The position numbers and the translations under genes are program-made. A DNA stretch of 64,000 nt from Candidatus Thermosaccharophagus tengchongensis (GTDB lineage Bacteria; Armatimonadota; Fervidibacteria; Fervidibacterales; Thermosaccharophagaceae), in the NCBI GenBank assembly GCA_032161105.1, contig JAVHTD010000003.1; one strand, written 5' to 3'. Below, one piece after another: positions 21,006 through 31,567 of this stretch (position 1 is its first letter; every line of letters starts with the position of its first letter). The notes under the pieces are model-generated. The model searched no databases. It saw only the letters and a list, made by a program, of their open reading frames with translations, and was not told where the DNA came from.

Positions 21006-21527
21006 CTATGGCTCAACCATTTTGCGCTTGCTCGCACGCTGCATGAGCAGCATTGCAATTACGCTCATCGTTCCAAAGGTGAGCGCCATGTCAGCTATGT
21101 TGAAGACGGGCCATACGCGCAGGTCAATGAAGTCAACGACGCTGCCACGAAAGAATCTGTCAAGCGTATTCCCGACACCGCCGCCAAACATCAGTCCAAA
21201 GGCTATGCACGCAAACGGATGCTCACAAAGCAGATGCCTGCCCCACAAAAGCAACCCCACAAGGCAGATGATGGACAGCAATATCAACCCATCGCCGATA
21301 CCGTGAGCGAGCCCGAAGGCAATGCCATAATTTCGCACATGCTTTAAGTGGAGCACACCCGTAATCAAAACCCTCTCACTGCCCACGGGGAGCAACGAGC
21401 ATATGAGCGCTTTGCTTATCTGGTCAACTGTTACGGTCATTGCAGCCACAACAATGGCATAAATCCAGCGCCGAAGCAAAAGGGAGTTTGTGATGCAAAG
21501 GCGCAGATGTGAACCTTTGTCATTCAT
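21006..21527 (-). CDS. lspA: Lipoprotein signal peptidase II
   Basis: DQISK, NYGIAFG, GNTLDR, VVDFID and FNIAD. Confidence 0.95.
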   Translation of the reverse strand: MNDKGSHLRLCITNSLLLRRWIYAIVVAAMTVTVDQISKALICSLLPVGSERVLITGVLHLKHVRNYGIAFGLAHGIGDGLILLSIICLVGLLLWGRHLLCEHPFACIAFGLMFGGGVGNTLDRFFRGSVVDFIDLRVWPVFNIADMALTFGTMSVIAMLLMQRASKRKMVEP

Positions 21528-21768
21528 CTCGCTTATGCTCCCACAACAGACGAGCTCAAACTCACAAACTCAACCGCAACATTGCATGATAAGCCACGCG
21601 CATACCCTGCGCCATTTGTGACCATCGCATGTGTGAGCTTTGTGAGCTTCATACAACTCGTTCTGGCACGAACTCACCTCATGATACATGATAGCTTAAT
21701 GCCGCCACCAAAATGAGCGCCGATGGTGACGCAAACCGCCAATGCTCAATGCGCTTGGAGGGAGCACA

Positions 21769-23298
21769 ATGGAGCAATGGCAATCTGGCGCCATACAAGA
21801 GGGAGGAATGCATCCCCCTGTGCGTCCAGCCATAAAGCTGTTGGGCGATGAGTTCGTAGAACGCATAGTGAGTGAGGCACTGGATATATTGAGCAAGGTT
21901 GGCGTGTTCATTGAGCATGATGAAGCCCTCTCAATGCTCGGCGATGCCGGGGCAAAAGTTGACATGGCGAAGAAGCGAGCCCTTATCGGCGATGACTTGG
22001 TTTGGAGATGCTTGAAGAGCGCTCCAAGCAGATTGAGGCTATACGATAGGGATGGCAATGCATCAATTGAACTTTGCGGCATGGAAGTTCATTTCACCCC
22101 GGGCTCAGCAGCCCTCAACATTTTAGATGCGAAATCGGGCAGGATAAGGCGAGCCGTTAGCGATGATGCAGTTGCATTTGCCAGAATAGCGGACGCGTTG
22201 CAAAATATTGACGCACAAAGCACCGCCGTTATACCTTCGGACATACCGCACGAAATCGCCGATAGGTATCGTTTGTTCATCGTGCTCACAAATTCAACCA
22301 AGCCAATTGTGACCGGCACATTCACAATTGAGGGCTTCACCGTGATGAAGGAGATGCTCACTGTCATTCGTGGAAGCGAAGAGGAGCTGCGAAAGAAGCC
22401 GCTTGCCGTGTTTGATGCGTGCCCATCACCGCCGTTGAAATGGAGCAGGTTGACAGCTCAGTCACTCATTGACTGTGCCACTTATGGCATACCTGCTGAA
22501 ATTGTCTCAATGCCCCTCCTCGGCGTAAGCGCTCCAGTGACTCTGTCTGGGGCGCTCGTCCAACACACTGCCGAGTGCCTTAGCGGAATAGTCATTCATC
22601 AACTCGCTTCCCCGGGAGCTCCGATAATCTACGGCGGTTCTCCGGGTGTCTTTGATATGCGTCATGGGACCGTCGCAATGGGAGCAATTGAAGTGGCAAT
22701 GCTCACCGCTGCGTATGCGCAAATCGGACAATACTTTGGTCTCCCAACACATGGTTACCTTGGGTTGAGCGACTCTAAGCTCTTGGATGCGCAAGCCGGT
22801 GTTGAATCGGCTATCGGGATGCTCATAGGGGCGCTTGCTGGAGTAAACATGATCGCCGGAGCGGGGATGATTGAGTTTGAAAACTGCCAAAGCCCAGAAA
22901 AGCTCGTCCTTGATAACGATGTGTGCGGCATGGTAAGGCGCATGCTCAAAGGCATAGAACAGCGTTCAGTGGTAATCGCTGAAGACCTATATGATGACAT
23001 AATGTCAGCGGAGCACTTCCTCACATCCGAGCACACGCTTAAATGGATGCGACATGAACTGCTGTTTCCGTCACAAGCCATTGACCGATTGACAAAGGAA
23101 GCTTGGGAGCGAGCCGGCGGATTGGATGCTGTGAAAAAGTGCGCAAGCATTGTTGAAGAGATCGTCTCAACGCACCGCCCGAAGAAGTTGCAAGATGATA
23201 AGCTCAATGCGCTCACCGAGATAATGCTCGCCGAGGGGCGCAAATATGGCATCAAGCATATGCCGGCTTTGGATGCCATCCTGCATTCTGACGAATAA
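21769..23298 (+). CDS. MttB-superfamily (trimethylamine methyltransferase family) methyltransferase, non-pyrrolysine
   Basis: PSPPLKW, APVTLSGALVQ, PGAPIIYGG and SDSKLLDAQAG, with no in-frame TAG. The start is uncertain (21769 or GTG 21820). Confidence 0.9.
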   Translation: MEQWQSGAIQEGGMHPPVRPAIKLLGDEFVERIVSEALDILSKVGVFIEHDEALSMLGDAGAKVDMAKKRALIGDDLVWRCLKSAPSRLRLYDRDGNASIELCGMEVHFTPGSAALNILDAKSGRIRRAVSDDAVAFARIADALQNIDAQSTAVIPSDIPHEIADRYRLFIVLTNSTKPIVTGTFTIEGFTVMKEMLTVIRGSEEELRKKPLAVFDACPSPPLKWSRLTAQSLIDCATYGIPAEIVSMPLLGVSAPVTLSGALVQHTAECLSGIVIHQLASPGAPIIYGGSPGVFDMRHGTVAMGAIEVAMLTAAYAQIGQYFGLPTHGYLGLSDSKLLDAQAGVESAIGMLIGALAGVNMIAGAGMIEFENCQSPEKLVLDNDVCGMVRRMLKGIEQRSVVIAEDLYDDIMSAEHFLTSEHTLKWMRHELLFPSQAIDRLTKEAWERAGGLDAVKKCASIVEEIVSTHRPKKLQDDKLNALTEIMLAEGRKYGIKHMPALDAILHSDE

Positions 23299-23401
23299 AG
23301 GCGCACAGCTTTCGCATCATAGCAGTGCTACATCTTTTTGGCAGCACGGCTCTCTCAATTGGTGATGGATTGTCGGGTTGATCTTGAGGGGCGACTGAGC
23401 T

Positions 23402-24556
23402 ATGAAGGGCGGCTTCATATACCTCAACAACGCTGCCACATCCTTCCCAAAGCCGAAAGAGGTCTACCGTGCAGTCATGGATTACATGCGCCATCTGGGA
23501 GTGAGCCTTGGCAGGGGCACAGATAGCCTGACAGTTGCTGCCGAGAGACTCGCTTACAGCACGAGGGAATTGCTCGCATCACTATTTGGCATCAAAGACC
23601 CGCTGCGCATCGCTTTCACATTTAATGCGACACACGCTTTGAACATCGCCATTAAGGGCTTCCTTAAAGGCGGTGAGCATGTCATTACCACGAGCATGGA
23701 GCATAACGCCGTTTGGCGACCGCTGAAATACCTTGAGCGGACAATGGGAATTGAACTGACCGTGATTCAGTGCGATGGCGAGGGAAGACTTAACCCTATG
23801 GAGGTTGAACGCCACATAAGGCGAAATACGAGGCTCATCGTGATGACACATGCCTCAAATGTCACTGGCACAATAATGCCAATCTGCGATGTGGGCGAAA
23901 TAGCGAGGCGGCATGGGATACCGTTCCTTGTGGATGCAGCTCAAAGCGCCGGCATCCTGCCAATTGATGTTGATGAGATGAACATAGACATGCTCGCTTT
24001 CACTGGGCACAAGGGCTTACTCGGACCCCAGGGCATCGGTGGACTGTATGTCCGAGAGGGGATTGACATTGAACCGCTGATACATGGTGGGACTGGCTCA
24101 CACTCACACCTTGAGGAGCAACCGCCGGAGATGCCAGAAAGAATTGAAGCCGGAACACTTAACATGCCGGCTATAGCCGGGCTCAATGCCGCCATAGGCT
24201 TTCTGATGCGTTACGGAATTGACAGGGTGCGCCAGCGTGAGTTGGCGCTAACGGAGTTAATGTTGCGCGAGTTATCAAGGCTCAATGGTGTGAGAATCTT
24301 CGGACCAAAATCGGCATGCGAGCGCGTCGGCATTGTCTCATTCACCATTGATGGACTTGATTGCGGCGAGGTGGCTATGAGGCTTGAGAGGCAGTTTGGC
24401 ATAATCGTGCGATGGGGATTGCACTGCGCGCCGATGGCGCACCGCACTATAGGCACTTTTGAGACGGGCACTATTAGGGCGAGCGTCAGCCTGTTCAACA
24501 CTGAGAAAGATGTGCTCGCACTCGCGACGGCGTTACGAAAGATATGCAGGGGTTAA
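23402..24556 (+). CDS. Aminotransferase class V / cysteine desulfurase-family PLP enzyme
   Basis: NAATS, DAAQSAG, FTGHKGLLGPQG (PLP Lys) and GLHCAP (catalytic Cys). Confidence 0.92.
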   Translation: MKGGFIYLNNAATSFPKPKEVYRAVMDYMRHLGVSLGRGTDSLTVAAERLAYSTRELLASLFGIKDPLRIAFTFNATHALNIAIKGFLKGGEHVITTSMEHNAVWRPLKYLERTMGIELTVIQCDGEGRLNPMEVERHIRRNTRLIVMTHASNVTGTIMPICDVGEIARRHGIPFLVDAAQSAGILPIDVDEMNIDMLAFTGHKGLLGPQGIGGLYVREGIDIEPLIHGGTGSHSHLEEQPPEMPERIEAGTLNMPAIAGLNAAIGFLMRYGIDRVRQRELALTELMLRELSRLNGVRIFGPKSACERVGIVSFTIDGLDCGEVAMRLERQFGIIVRWGLHCAPMAHRTIGTFETGTIRASVSLFNTEKDVLALATALRKICRG

Positions 24557-24625
24557 GCAGCTGTCTCAGCCATTGCAATCCGAGAGAGGCAGCTGGCAAA
24601 ATGCGTTTTGGGGTGAGGAAGCAAG

Positions 24626-25087
24626 ATGAGGTGGTATGCCTTAAGCATTGGAGATGCGGTGTCGCATTCATCCAAAAGCAGCCAGCCGCTCATACTCGCA
24701 GTGGATGATGATCACGCCGTGATAGAACTTCTGCGCGTGTGCTTGGAACATGAGGGTTTCAAAGTCATCACAGCTATGGACGGACTTCAAGCATTGATGC
24801 TGCTCCGCCGATACAACCCCGATGTTGTAATCTTGGACATTTACATGCCGGTGCTTGATGGGTGGGGAGTGCTTGAAGTGATACGCTCCGATGAGCGTTT
24901 TCGTGACTTGCCAGTGATATTGCTCACAGTTGAGCGCTCACCAAAAAGCATCCTCAGAGGTTGGGAGGAGGGAATTGATTGCTTCATTTCAAAGCCATTT
25001 GACCCGGATGAGCTGATAGCGATCATCAAGCGGGCATTGGAATTAAAGCGCCATCGCAACGCTCATGAGGGCCCCCAAATCGCGTAA
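24626..25087 (+). CDS. Single-domain response regulator
   Basis: AVDDD, ILDIYMP, LLT and SKPF; no output domain. Confidence 0.9.
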   Translation: MRWYALSIGDAVSHSSKSSQPLILAVDDDHAVIELLRVCLEHEGFKVITAMDGLQALMLLRRYNPDVVILDIYMPVLDGWGVLEVIRSDERFRDLPVILLTVERSPKSILRGWEEGIDCFISKPFDPDELIAIIKRALELKRHRNAHEGPQIA

Positions 25088-25099
25088 GCTCATAGGGGG

Positions 25100-28000
25100 G
25101 TGAACGGGTTGAGACCTTTCTTCTTGCATCAGGTTAAAAAGCTCAATCAGCTTGAGCGTTTGCTTTACGCCCTAATCTCCTTACTCGCCTTTGCCCTCCT
25201 GCTCACGCTCACAAGAGGCGCACTTGCATGGCTTAAGCGCATGGAAACCCAACCGGTTCACCTCCCGCTGTTCATAGCTCTTACCGCGACATTGATTACC
25301 GCCATGCTAATTCACAGGCGAGCAAGCTCATGGCTCAACTGGCTCTACAAGCTGACAGAGGATGCTCCCGGCGCACTCGTCATAGCCGATGCCCTCAACC
25401 GCATAGTTTATGCAAACAGGACAATGTGTCTTCTGACCGGCTACAGCTTGGGTGAGCTCACCAAAATGAACCTGAGCGAGCTGTTTGATGGCGAGCTCAC
25501 GACAGCAGGAGAAGCTGTGTTGCGGACAAAAGCCTCAACAGCGGTGCCGGTTCTCATCGCCATAAGCGAAGCCAATGTGAGTGGACTAAAGCTGCGCGTC
25601 ATAACTGCGCAGGATATCAGCCAAGAAGTTGAGCATCGTAAGGCACAGGAGCGCCTCAACAGGCGATTGGAAGCAATGTATCGTGTCGCATCGGCGCTGA
25701 GCGAATATACCGAGCTTGGGACGATACTTGAGCGCGGCTTGGAAGCAGCCATGGAGACGCTGAATGCACCAGCCGGGCGCATTTACATGTTTGAGGATGG
25801 TGACACCTTAAAGTTGGTCAAGCACAAGGGCATATCAAGCAAGTTTGCCGACGAGGTAAAGGAGTTGAGATATGGCGTTGGCAATGTTGGGACTGTGGCG
25901 AAGACGCTTAAACCGAGCATTGTTGACTACCTCGCATCAACATCGGAACACAGAAATGCATGCCTGAATGAGGGGCTTAGGTGCAGCGCTTTTGCGGCTC
26001 TAAAAGCCGGAGCCACAGTTTATGGCGTGCTCGCCGTCTCATACCGAGAACCGCTGAGATGGGGCGAAGAGGAGCTATCACTGCTTGAAGCGATCGGAAA
26101 CGAACTCGGTGTGGCGATACAGCGCGCAAGGCTGGTTGAGAGCTTAAAGGTGTCCAATGAATGGTATCGCAACCTGTTCATGCTCGCCTCAGATAGCGTG
26201 TGCATATTGAAGCCGGATGGCGAAGTGATTGATGCGAATGAAGCGTTTGGGAAAGCACTGGAAAAAGCGCATGGCTCAGGCACCCAACCACATGGGAAAT
26301 CAATCTACGAGCTAATAGCGCCATATTCGGTTTACATGATGAGGCAGTGGATGGACAACATGCTAAAAGGAATTGAAACCGAGGCTTGCGAAATTGCCCT
26401 CGGAGAGAGGGAGCAAGTTTGGTATGAGGTTAGTGGCTCACTCATAACTGATGAGCGCGGCAATGCATATGTGCTTTGCTTAATGCGTGATGTAACGAGG
26501 CGCGTCAGACACAAAGCTATAACGGGCATCCTTGAAAAGCTACGCCGGGCACTGGAGAGGATGCACAGACCACATGAGGTGATGCTGACAGCAACTGAAT
26601 TGCTCTCACGAGAGCTTAACTGCGGATGCGCCATCCTGCTTCATTCGCACGAAGATAAGCGCTTCTACAAGCTGGTAGCCGCACTGCCGACCGAAAGTTC
26701 GGATGGGAAGCCCACACCACATAGGCTCGTCATAAGTGAACCGGAAATTGGAGTGGGCATTGAGCAGAGGCTATGGGAGGTTATATCTTCCCAGAGGGCA
26801 AAAATAGCATCCCGAGGGGAGGACGAATTTAGCGAGCTGCTCAAACTGATCGGGATGCCCTCTGGCATGCAGGCATTGAAAGCCTTTATCCTGCCCATGA
26901 CATCCCCTGAAAGATTTCACGGAGTGCTCCTGATCGTTGGCGAGGAATTGGACGACGAAGATATTGTCCTCTTCCAGTCGGCGGCAAATGAAGTTGCAGC
27001 ATCACTTGAGACCGCGATGCTGTGTGAACGGCTTTTAGAGATGAACGAGAAGCTTGAGGAGCTGGTCAAAGAGCGCACCGCAAGGTTGCTCGCCCTTTAT
27101 GAGCTATCTCAGGCTACCCAGAGGCTTGATAACATAAAAGCCATCATGGCAAAAGCAACCACCACGGCACATTCGGTCGTCCCATGCATAGCTGCTGGTG
27201 TGCTCGTCAACCTTGAGAACGACTCGTTTGCCATAGCGTGCGCCTTAAAAGACATTGAGAGCAGCACTGTTAACGAACTCATTAAAGAGCTCGTTATAGC
27301 GTATGAGCGCAGCGCTTCGGCAAAGCTTGACATATCAAAGCTGCAGCTTGAGGTGTTGGAAGGTGACAGACAGCCAGAATGGGTTGAGTCTGGCGATGTG
27401 AGCGTGCGAGTCTGGGAACTGCATCTGGAGGATGGAACTGTGGGCGCATTTGGTGTAGCACACCATGCGAAACAACCACTTAGCAGTGAGGATGGCGAAT
27501 TCATCACATCGCTTGTTGAGCACATCACTTTGGCATTGCAAGGGGAGATAAGCTCAAGGCTCAGGGAGAAGGCGCAACTGAGCGCCTCCCTTGAGGCGCT
27601 CGGAATCGGTATGTTAATCGTTAGCGGGGACGGAGAGGTGCTCATTTCAAACAGCATAGCGAAAGAGCTCTTATCCAACCTCGGCAAGGATGAGCGTGAG
27701 GCACTCGCTGCGCTCGGAATTGACGAACTTATCAAAGCCATAGCCAGTGAGGGATTGCAAACACTTTCACGAGAAGTCATGTGGGGTGATAAATGGTTTG
27801 AAGTGAAGGTCTCGCAGTGGCGCAGAGATATGCAACAAGTGGACTATGCCATCTCACTGAGGGACATAACCCCCCAAAAGCTCACAGAGCAACAGCTGTC
27901 GCATGCTCGCAAGCTCGCATCCATTGGCGAGCTTGCCTCCGGAGTCGCCCATGAGATAAATAATCCATTGACTGCCATTGTCGGGTTTGCCGAGTTACAA

Positions 28001-29035
28001 CTTGAGCGAGAGGACCTCCCCGAGGAGACGCGAAGGGATTTGATGCGCATTTACAATGCCGGCTTGCGTGCGAGGGAGATAACGCACAAGCTGCTTGCCT
28101 TCTCAAGGGGATTGCGGGAGAAGGTCTCGCCGGAGCTTATTGACCCGAGGGCTGTTGTTGACCAAGCGCTTGATTTGGTGGTTTCGCAATTCAGGAGCAT
28201 CGGAATTGAGCTTGAACGAGATTACGAACCAGACCTGCCCACAATGATGTTAAGCCAAGCGCTCCTACAACAGATTGTGCTCAACCTTGTCTTGAACGCA
28301 AAGGATGCAATTGAAGCTTCGGGGAAAGGCTCAAAGGTAACTGTGAGGTTGAAGCGCCATAACGATCACATTGTCCTCGTCGTTGAAGATAACGGTCCGG
28401 GCATCCCGCAAGACATCATTGAGAAAATCTTTGACCCGTTCTTCACGACGAAGCCATCCGGGAAGGGGACGGGGCTTGGTCTTTCAATTGTGCACAGGTA
28501 TGTTGAAGAGATGGGTGGAAGGATAACAGTGTGGAGTGTGGAAGGCGTTGGGACAAAGTTCACGGTCACATTGCCCATAGCCCTGCCCGAAGATGGCAAG
28601 CGGGTTGAACTTGAGGAGAAGAAGGCAGTGCCCGGTGCAGTGCAAGGTAGCCCGAGCGTTTTAGTGGTGGACGACGAATCATCAGTGTGCGCCTTTGTTG
28701 AGGAGGCATTGAAGCAGCGCGAGTTTGATGTTGTTTCTGTCACAGACCCGAGAGAGGTGCTAAGCATCCTTGAACAAAGGTTCTTTGATGTCATTCTGCT
28801 TGACATACGCATGCCACACATAAACGGCTTGCGCCTATACGAACTCATCAGGGAGAGGATGCCAGAGCAAGCTCAACGCGTCGTCTTCCTCACGGGTGAC
28901 ATCTTAAGCGAGATAGCATTGGAAGCACAGGGCAAAGGTGTGCCAATGCTTCTCAAGCCGCTGACGGCTGTTGAGCTTTCGTCATTCCTCGGGGAGCACA
29001 TGGCAAAGTTTGCCACACCCAAAATCCGTGCATGA
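25100..29035 (+). CDS. Hybrid sensor histidine kinase (2 TM, PAS/GAF array, HisKA, HATPase, REC)
   Basis: H-box GVAHEINNPL, N-box NLVLNAKDA, G1 DNGPGI, F/G2 FFTTKPSGKGTGLGL, and C-terminal VVDDE/LLDIRMP. Confidence 0.93.
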   Translation: MNGLRPFFLHQVKKLNQLERLLYALISLLAFALLLTLTRGALAWLKRMETQPVHLPLFIALTATLITAMLIHRRASSWLNWLYKLTEDAPGALVIADALNRIVYANRTMCLLTGYSLGELTKMNLSELFDGELTTAGEAVLRTKASTAVPVLIAISEANVSGLKLRVITAQDISQEVEHRKAQERLNRRLEAMYRVASALSEYTELGTILERGLEAAMETLNAPAGRIYMFEDGDTLKLVKHKGISSKFADEVKELRYGVGNVGTVAKTLKPSIVDYLASTSEHRNACLNEGLRCSAFAALKAGATVYGVLAVSYREPLRWGEEELSLLEAIGNELGVAIQRARLVESLKVSNEWYRNLFMLASDSVCILKPDGEVIDANEAFGKALEKAHGSGTQPHGKSIYELIAPYSVYMMRQWMDNMLKGIETEACEIALGEREQVWYEVSGSLITDERGNAYVLCLMRDVTRRVRHKAITGILEKLRRALERMHRPHEVMLTATELLSRELNCGCAILLHSHEDKRFYKLVAALPTESSDGKPTPHRLVISEPEIGVGIEQRLWEVISSQRAKIASRGEDEFSELLKLIGMPSGMQALKAFILPMTSPERFHGVLLIVGEELDDEDIVLFQSAANEVAASLETAMLCERLLEMNEKLEELVKERTARLLALYELSQATQRLDNIKAIMAKATTTAHSVVPCIAAGVLVNLENDSFAIACALKDIESSTVNELIKELVIAYERSASAKLDISKLQLEVLEGDRQPEWVESGDVSVRVWELHLEDGTVGAFGVAHHAKQPLSSEDGEFITSLVEHITLALQGEISSRLREKAQLSASLEALGIGMLIVSGDGEVLISNSIAKELLSNLGKDEREALAALGIDELIKAIASEGLQTLSREVMWGDKWFEVKVSQWRRDMQQVDYAISLRDITPQKLTEQQLSHARKLASIGELASGVAHEINNPLTAIVGFAELQLEREDLPEETRRDLMRIYNAGLRAREITHKLLAFSRGLREKVSPELIDPRAVVDQALDLVVSQFRSIGIELERDYEPDLPTMMLSQALLQQIVLNLVLNAKDAIEASGKGSKVTVRLKRHNDHIVLVVEDNGPGIPQDIIEKIFDPFFTTKPSGKGTGLGLSIVHRYVEEMGGRITVWSVEGVGTKFTVTLPIALPEDGKRVELEEKKAVPGAVQGSPSVLVVDDESSVCAFVEEALKQREFDVVSVTDPREVLSILEQRFFDVILLDIRMPHINGLRLYELIRERMPEQAQRVVFLTGDILSEIALEAQGKGVPMLLKPLTAVELSSFLGEHMAKFATPKIRA

Positions 29036-29047
29036 CGCCTTGCGGGC

Positions 29048-29956
29048 TTGAAGCTGCGTCACAGGGTAACTCGCACGCATCGGAGGTATGGGAACATGTT
29101 CTGGCTAATTCGCATGCTTATGCGCGTGGTCAAGTGGGTTGTGTTGCACATCGTCAGTGTTGCGGTAATAGTCGTCCTGATTGTGCTCGCCGCACTCGTC
29201 ATATCGCGCATGACGCCGCTGGACGAATTTTACCGCGCAAGGGCTTATGCAAAAGTTGGCGACTACAAAAATGCAGAGCAGTGGTATCGCAAAGGGTTAG
29301 AGGCGCACCCGGAAAGCCGCTATGCGCCACAGGCGAGATATGAACTTGGCACTCTGCTCCTGGAGCAAAAGAGATACAACGAAGCGTTGGCACAGTTTCA
29401 AGCTGCGCTTGGCAAGTTGACCGATGATGAGCGAAGGGCAAAGGTGTTGATTTCAATCGGCGACTGCTATGCCAACATGAAGAAGTGGGATGCAGCCGCA
29501 TCCAGCTACATGCGCGCCGTGAGGGAATGCAGACTTGATGAAGCGGGCGCAGCAACAGCGCTATTTCGTGCAGGGCAGTGCTACGAGGGCGCTGGCAATT
29601 TCAGTGCTGCCGGCAGCGCCTACCGAAAAGCCTTTGAGGAACATCCGACCGCGCCCGATGCACCAAAGGCGTTGTTGGCGTATGCCGATTTGCTCTGCAA
29701 ACTCGGAAAGCACGAGAGGGCAATTGAGAATTACAACCTGCTCATCAAGCGCTACTCAAATAGTGATGAGGCAGTGATAGGGAGGTTGCACTTGGCAAAG
29801 GCATATGAGGCGCAGCGCGACTACAAGAGCGCGATAACGGCATTGCTTGATTTCATGAGGCATTCGCCGAGGCTCGCGCGGTCTGCCGCATACAGGCAAC
29901 TTTTGGATAGCGCAAAGGCGCAACTGAAGCGCCTAAAAGGGTATGACGAGCGATAG
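29048..29956 (+). CDS. Membrane-anchored TPR protein (CpoB/BamD-like repeats)
   Basis: One TM followed by repeats of the type HPESRYAPQARY / HPTAPDAPKAL. Confidence 0.8.
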   Translation: MKLRHRVTRTHRRYGNMFWLIRMLMRVVKWVVLHIVSVAVIVVLIVLAALVISRMTPLDEFYRARAYAKVGDYKNAEQWYRKGLEAHPESRYAPQARYELGTLLLEQKRYNEALAQFQAALGKLTDDERRAKVLISIGDCYANMKKWDAAASSYMRAVRECRLDEAGAATALFRAGQCYEGAGNFSAAGSAYRKAFEEHPTAPDAPKALLAYADLLCKLGKHERAIENYNLLIKRYSNSDEAVIGRLHLAKAYEAQRDYKSAITALLDFMRHSPRLARSAAYRQLLDSAKAQLKRLKGYDER

Positions 29957-30019
29957 GCAAGCAGGGAGCGCAACCGCTCCCACCAAAGCGCTCACCATGG
30001 GGGTGAAACTGACAGCGAC

Positions 30020-31009
30020 ATGCATTTGCCGAAAGCTTATCGTGGCTTCATTGCACCGAGGGGTGAGTTTGAGCCAGCATACTTGCGCAGCTATAACGAT
30101 GGTGCGCTGTCAATCAAGGTTGAGAAGGCGCTGAGCATGCTTGAGAGGTGCACGCTGTGCCCGAGAAGATGCGAAGTCAACAGGTTGAAAGACGAAGTGG
30201 GCTTTTGCAAGACTGGCAGGCTCGCTATCGTCTCAAGCTACTTCGCTCACTTTGGCGAGGAGGATTGCCTGCGCGGCTGGCGCGGCTCTGGAACAATCTT
30301 CTTCTGCCAGTGCAACTTAAAGTGCGTCTTCTGCCAGAACTATGACATCAGCCACTTCAGCAACGGGAGGGCTGTAACGGCAAGTGAGCTCGCCAACATG
30401 ATGCTTGAGCTCCAGAGTCAGGGATGCCACAACATCAACTTCGTCACGCCATCTCATGTTGTCCCGCAGATACTTGAGGCATTGCTGTTAGCCGTGGAAA
30501 AAGGGTTGCGCCTCCCGCTCGTATACAACACTGGTGGCTACGACTCCGTTGAAACACTGCAGTTGCTTGACGGCATCATTGACATCTATATGCCTGACTT
30601 CAAATTCTGGACAAGCGAGAAAGCTAAGAGATACCTTCGCCGTGAGGACTATCCCGAAGTTGCCCGGGCTGCGCTGAAGGAGATGCACAGGCAAGTTGGC
30701 GACTTGAAGTTTGATGAGAATGGCATTGCGCTAAGGGGATTGCTCGTGCGCCACCTCGTCATGCCGGAATGCGTTGATGAGACACGCCAGATAATGCGCT
30801 TCCTCTCCGAGGAGATCTCAAGGCACACATTCGTCAACATCATGGCGCAATATTACCCAGCTGGGTTAGTCAACAGCCGTTCATACCCGGAGATCAACAG
30901 GCGCATAACGGGGCGCGAGTATGAGGAGGCAGTTGAGGCTGCAAAAGAAGCGGGGCTCTACAGGTTTGATGAGCGTTGGAGAAACATCGCTGTCATAAGG
31001 TGGCTATAA
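30020..31009 (+). CDS. Radical SAM protein, PflX-like
   Basis: CxxxCxxC (CNLKCVFC), N-terminal CTLCPRRC, DIYMPDFK and LLVRHLVMP. Confidence 0.9.
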   Translation: MHLPKAYRGFIAPRGEFEPAYLRSYNDGALSIKVEKALSMLERCTLCPRRCEVNRLKDEVGFCKTGRLAIVSSYFAHFGEEDCLRGWRGSGTIFFCQCNLKCVFCQNYDISHFSNGRAVTASELANMMLELQSQGCHNINFVTPSHVVPQILEALLLAVEKGLRLPLVYNTGGYDSVETLQLLDGIIDIYMPDFKFWTSEKAKRYLRREDYPEVARAALKEMHRQVGDLKFDENGIALRGLLVRHLVMPECVDETRQIMRFLSEEISRHTFVNIMAQYYPAGLVNSRSYPEINRRITGREYEEAVEAAKEAGLYRFDERWRNIAVIRWL

Positions 31010-31042
31010 TGCAATTTGCATCTGCGAGGTGAACAAACTGCG

Positions 31043-31552
31043 GTGGCAAAATTATGCGGTAAGGTGCACAAGTTTGGCGACCATATTGACACCGATGTCA
31101 TTATACCGGCTCGCTACTTGGTGACGACAGACGAGAAAGAACTTGCAAAGCATTGCATGGAGCCGATTGACCCGACATTTGTCACGCGCGTCTCACAGGG
31201 CGACATCATTGTTGCCGGCGAAAACTTCGGCTGCGGCAGCTCAAGGGAGCACGCTCCACTCGCCATCAAAGCCACCGGGATAAGTTGCATCATAGCCAAA
31301 TCGTTTGCCCGGATATTTTATCGCAACGCTATTAACATCGGTTTGCCAATCCTTGAATGCCCAAGTGCTGCCGAGGAAGCCGAAGAGGGCGACTTGATTG
31401 AATGCGATTTGAAGACAGGGATCATACGCAATTTGACCAAAGGGACACAACACCAAGCTGAACCATTCCCCGAGTTCATGCGCCAGATACTTGAATCCGG
31501 CGGGTTGATTAACTTCGTCAGGCGCCGGCTTAAAGGGACGAAAAGACAATGA
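31043..31552 (+). CDS. leuD: 3-isopropylmalate dehydratase small subunit
   Basis: [19 protein letters not shown] and SFARIFYRN; start placed at GTG after GAGGTG. Confidence 0.92.
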   Translation: MAKLCGKVHKFGDHIDTDVIIPARYLVTTDEKELAKHCMEPIDPTFVTRVSQGDIIVAGENFGCGSSREHAPLAIKATGISCIIAKSFARIFYRNAINIGLPILECPSAAEEAEEGDLIECDLKTGIIRNLTKGTQHQAEPFPEFMRQILESGGLINFVRRRLKGTKRQ

Positions 31553-31567
31553 GCCGGTGAATGCACC

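Noticed and set aside
22765..22767. Pyrrolysine recoding in MttB
   Set aside because: The codon is TTG (Leu), the ORF has no in-frame TAG, and no pyl genes are in the window.
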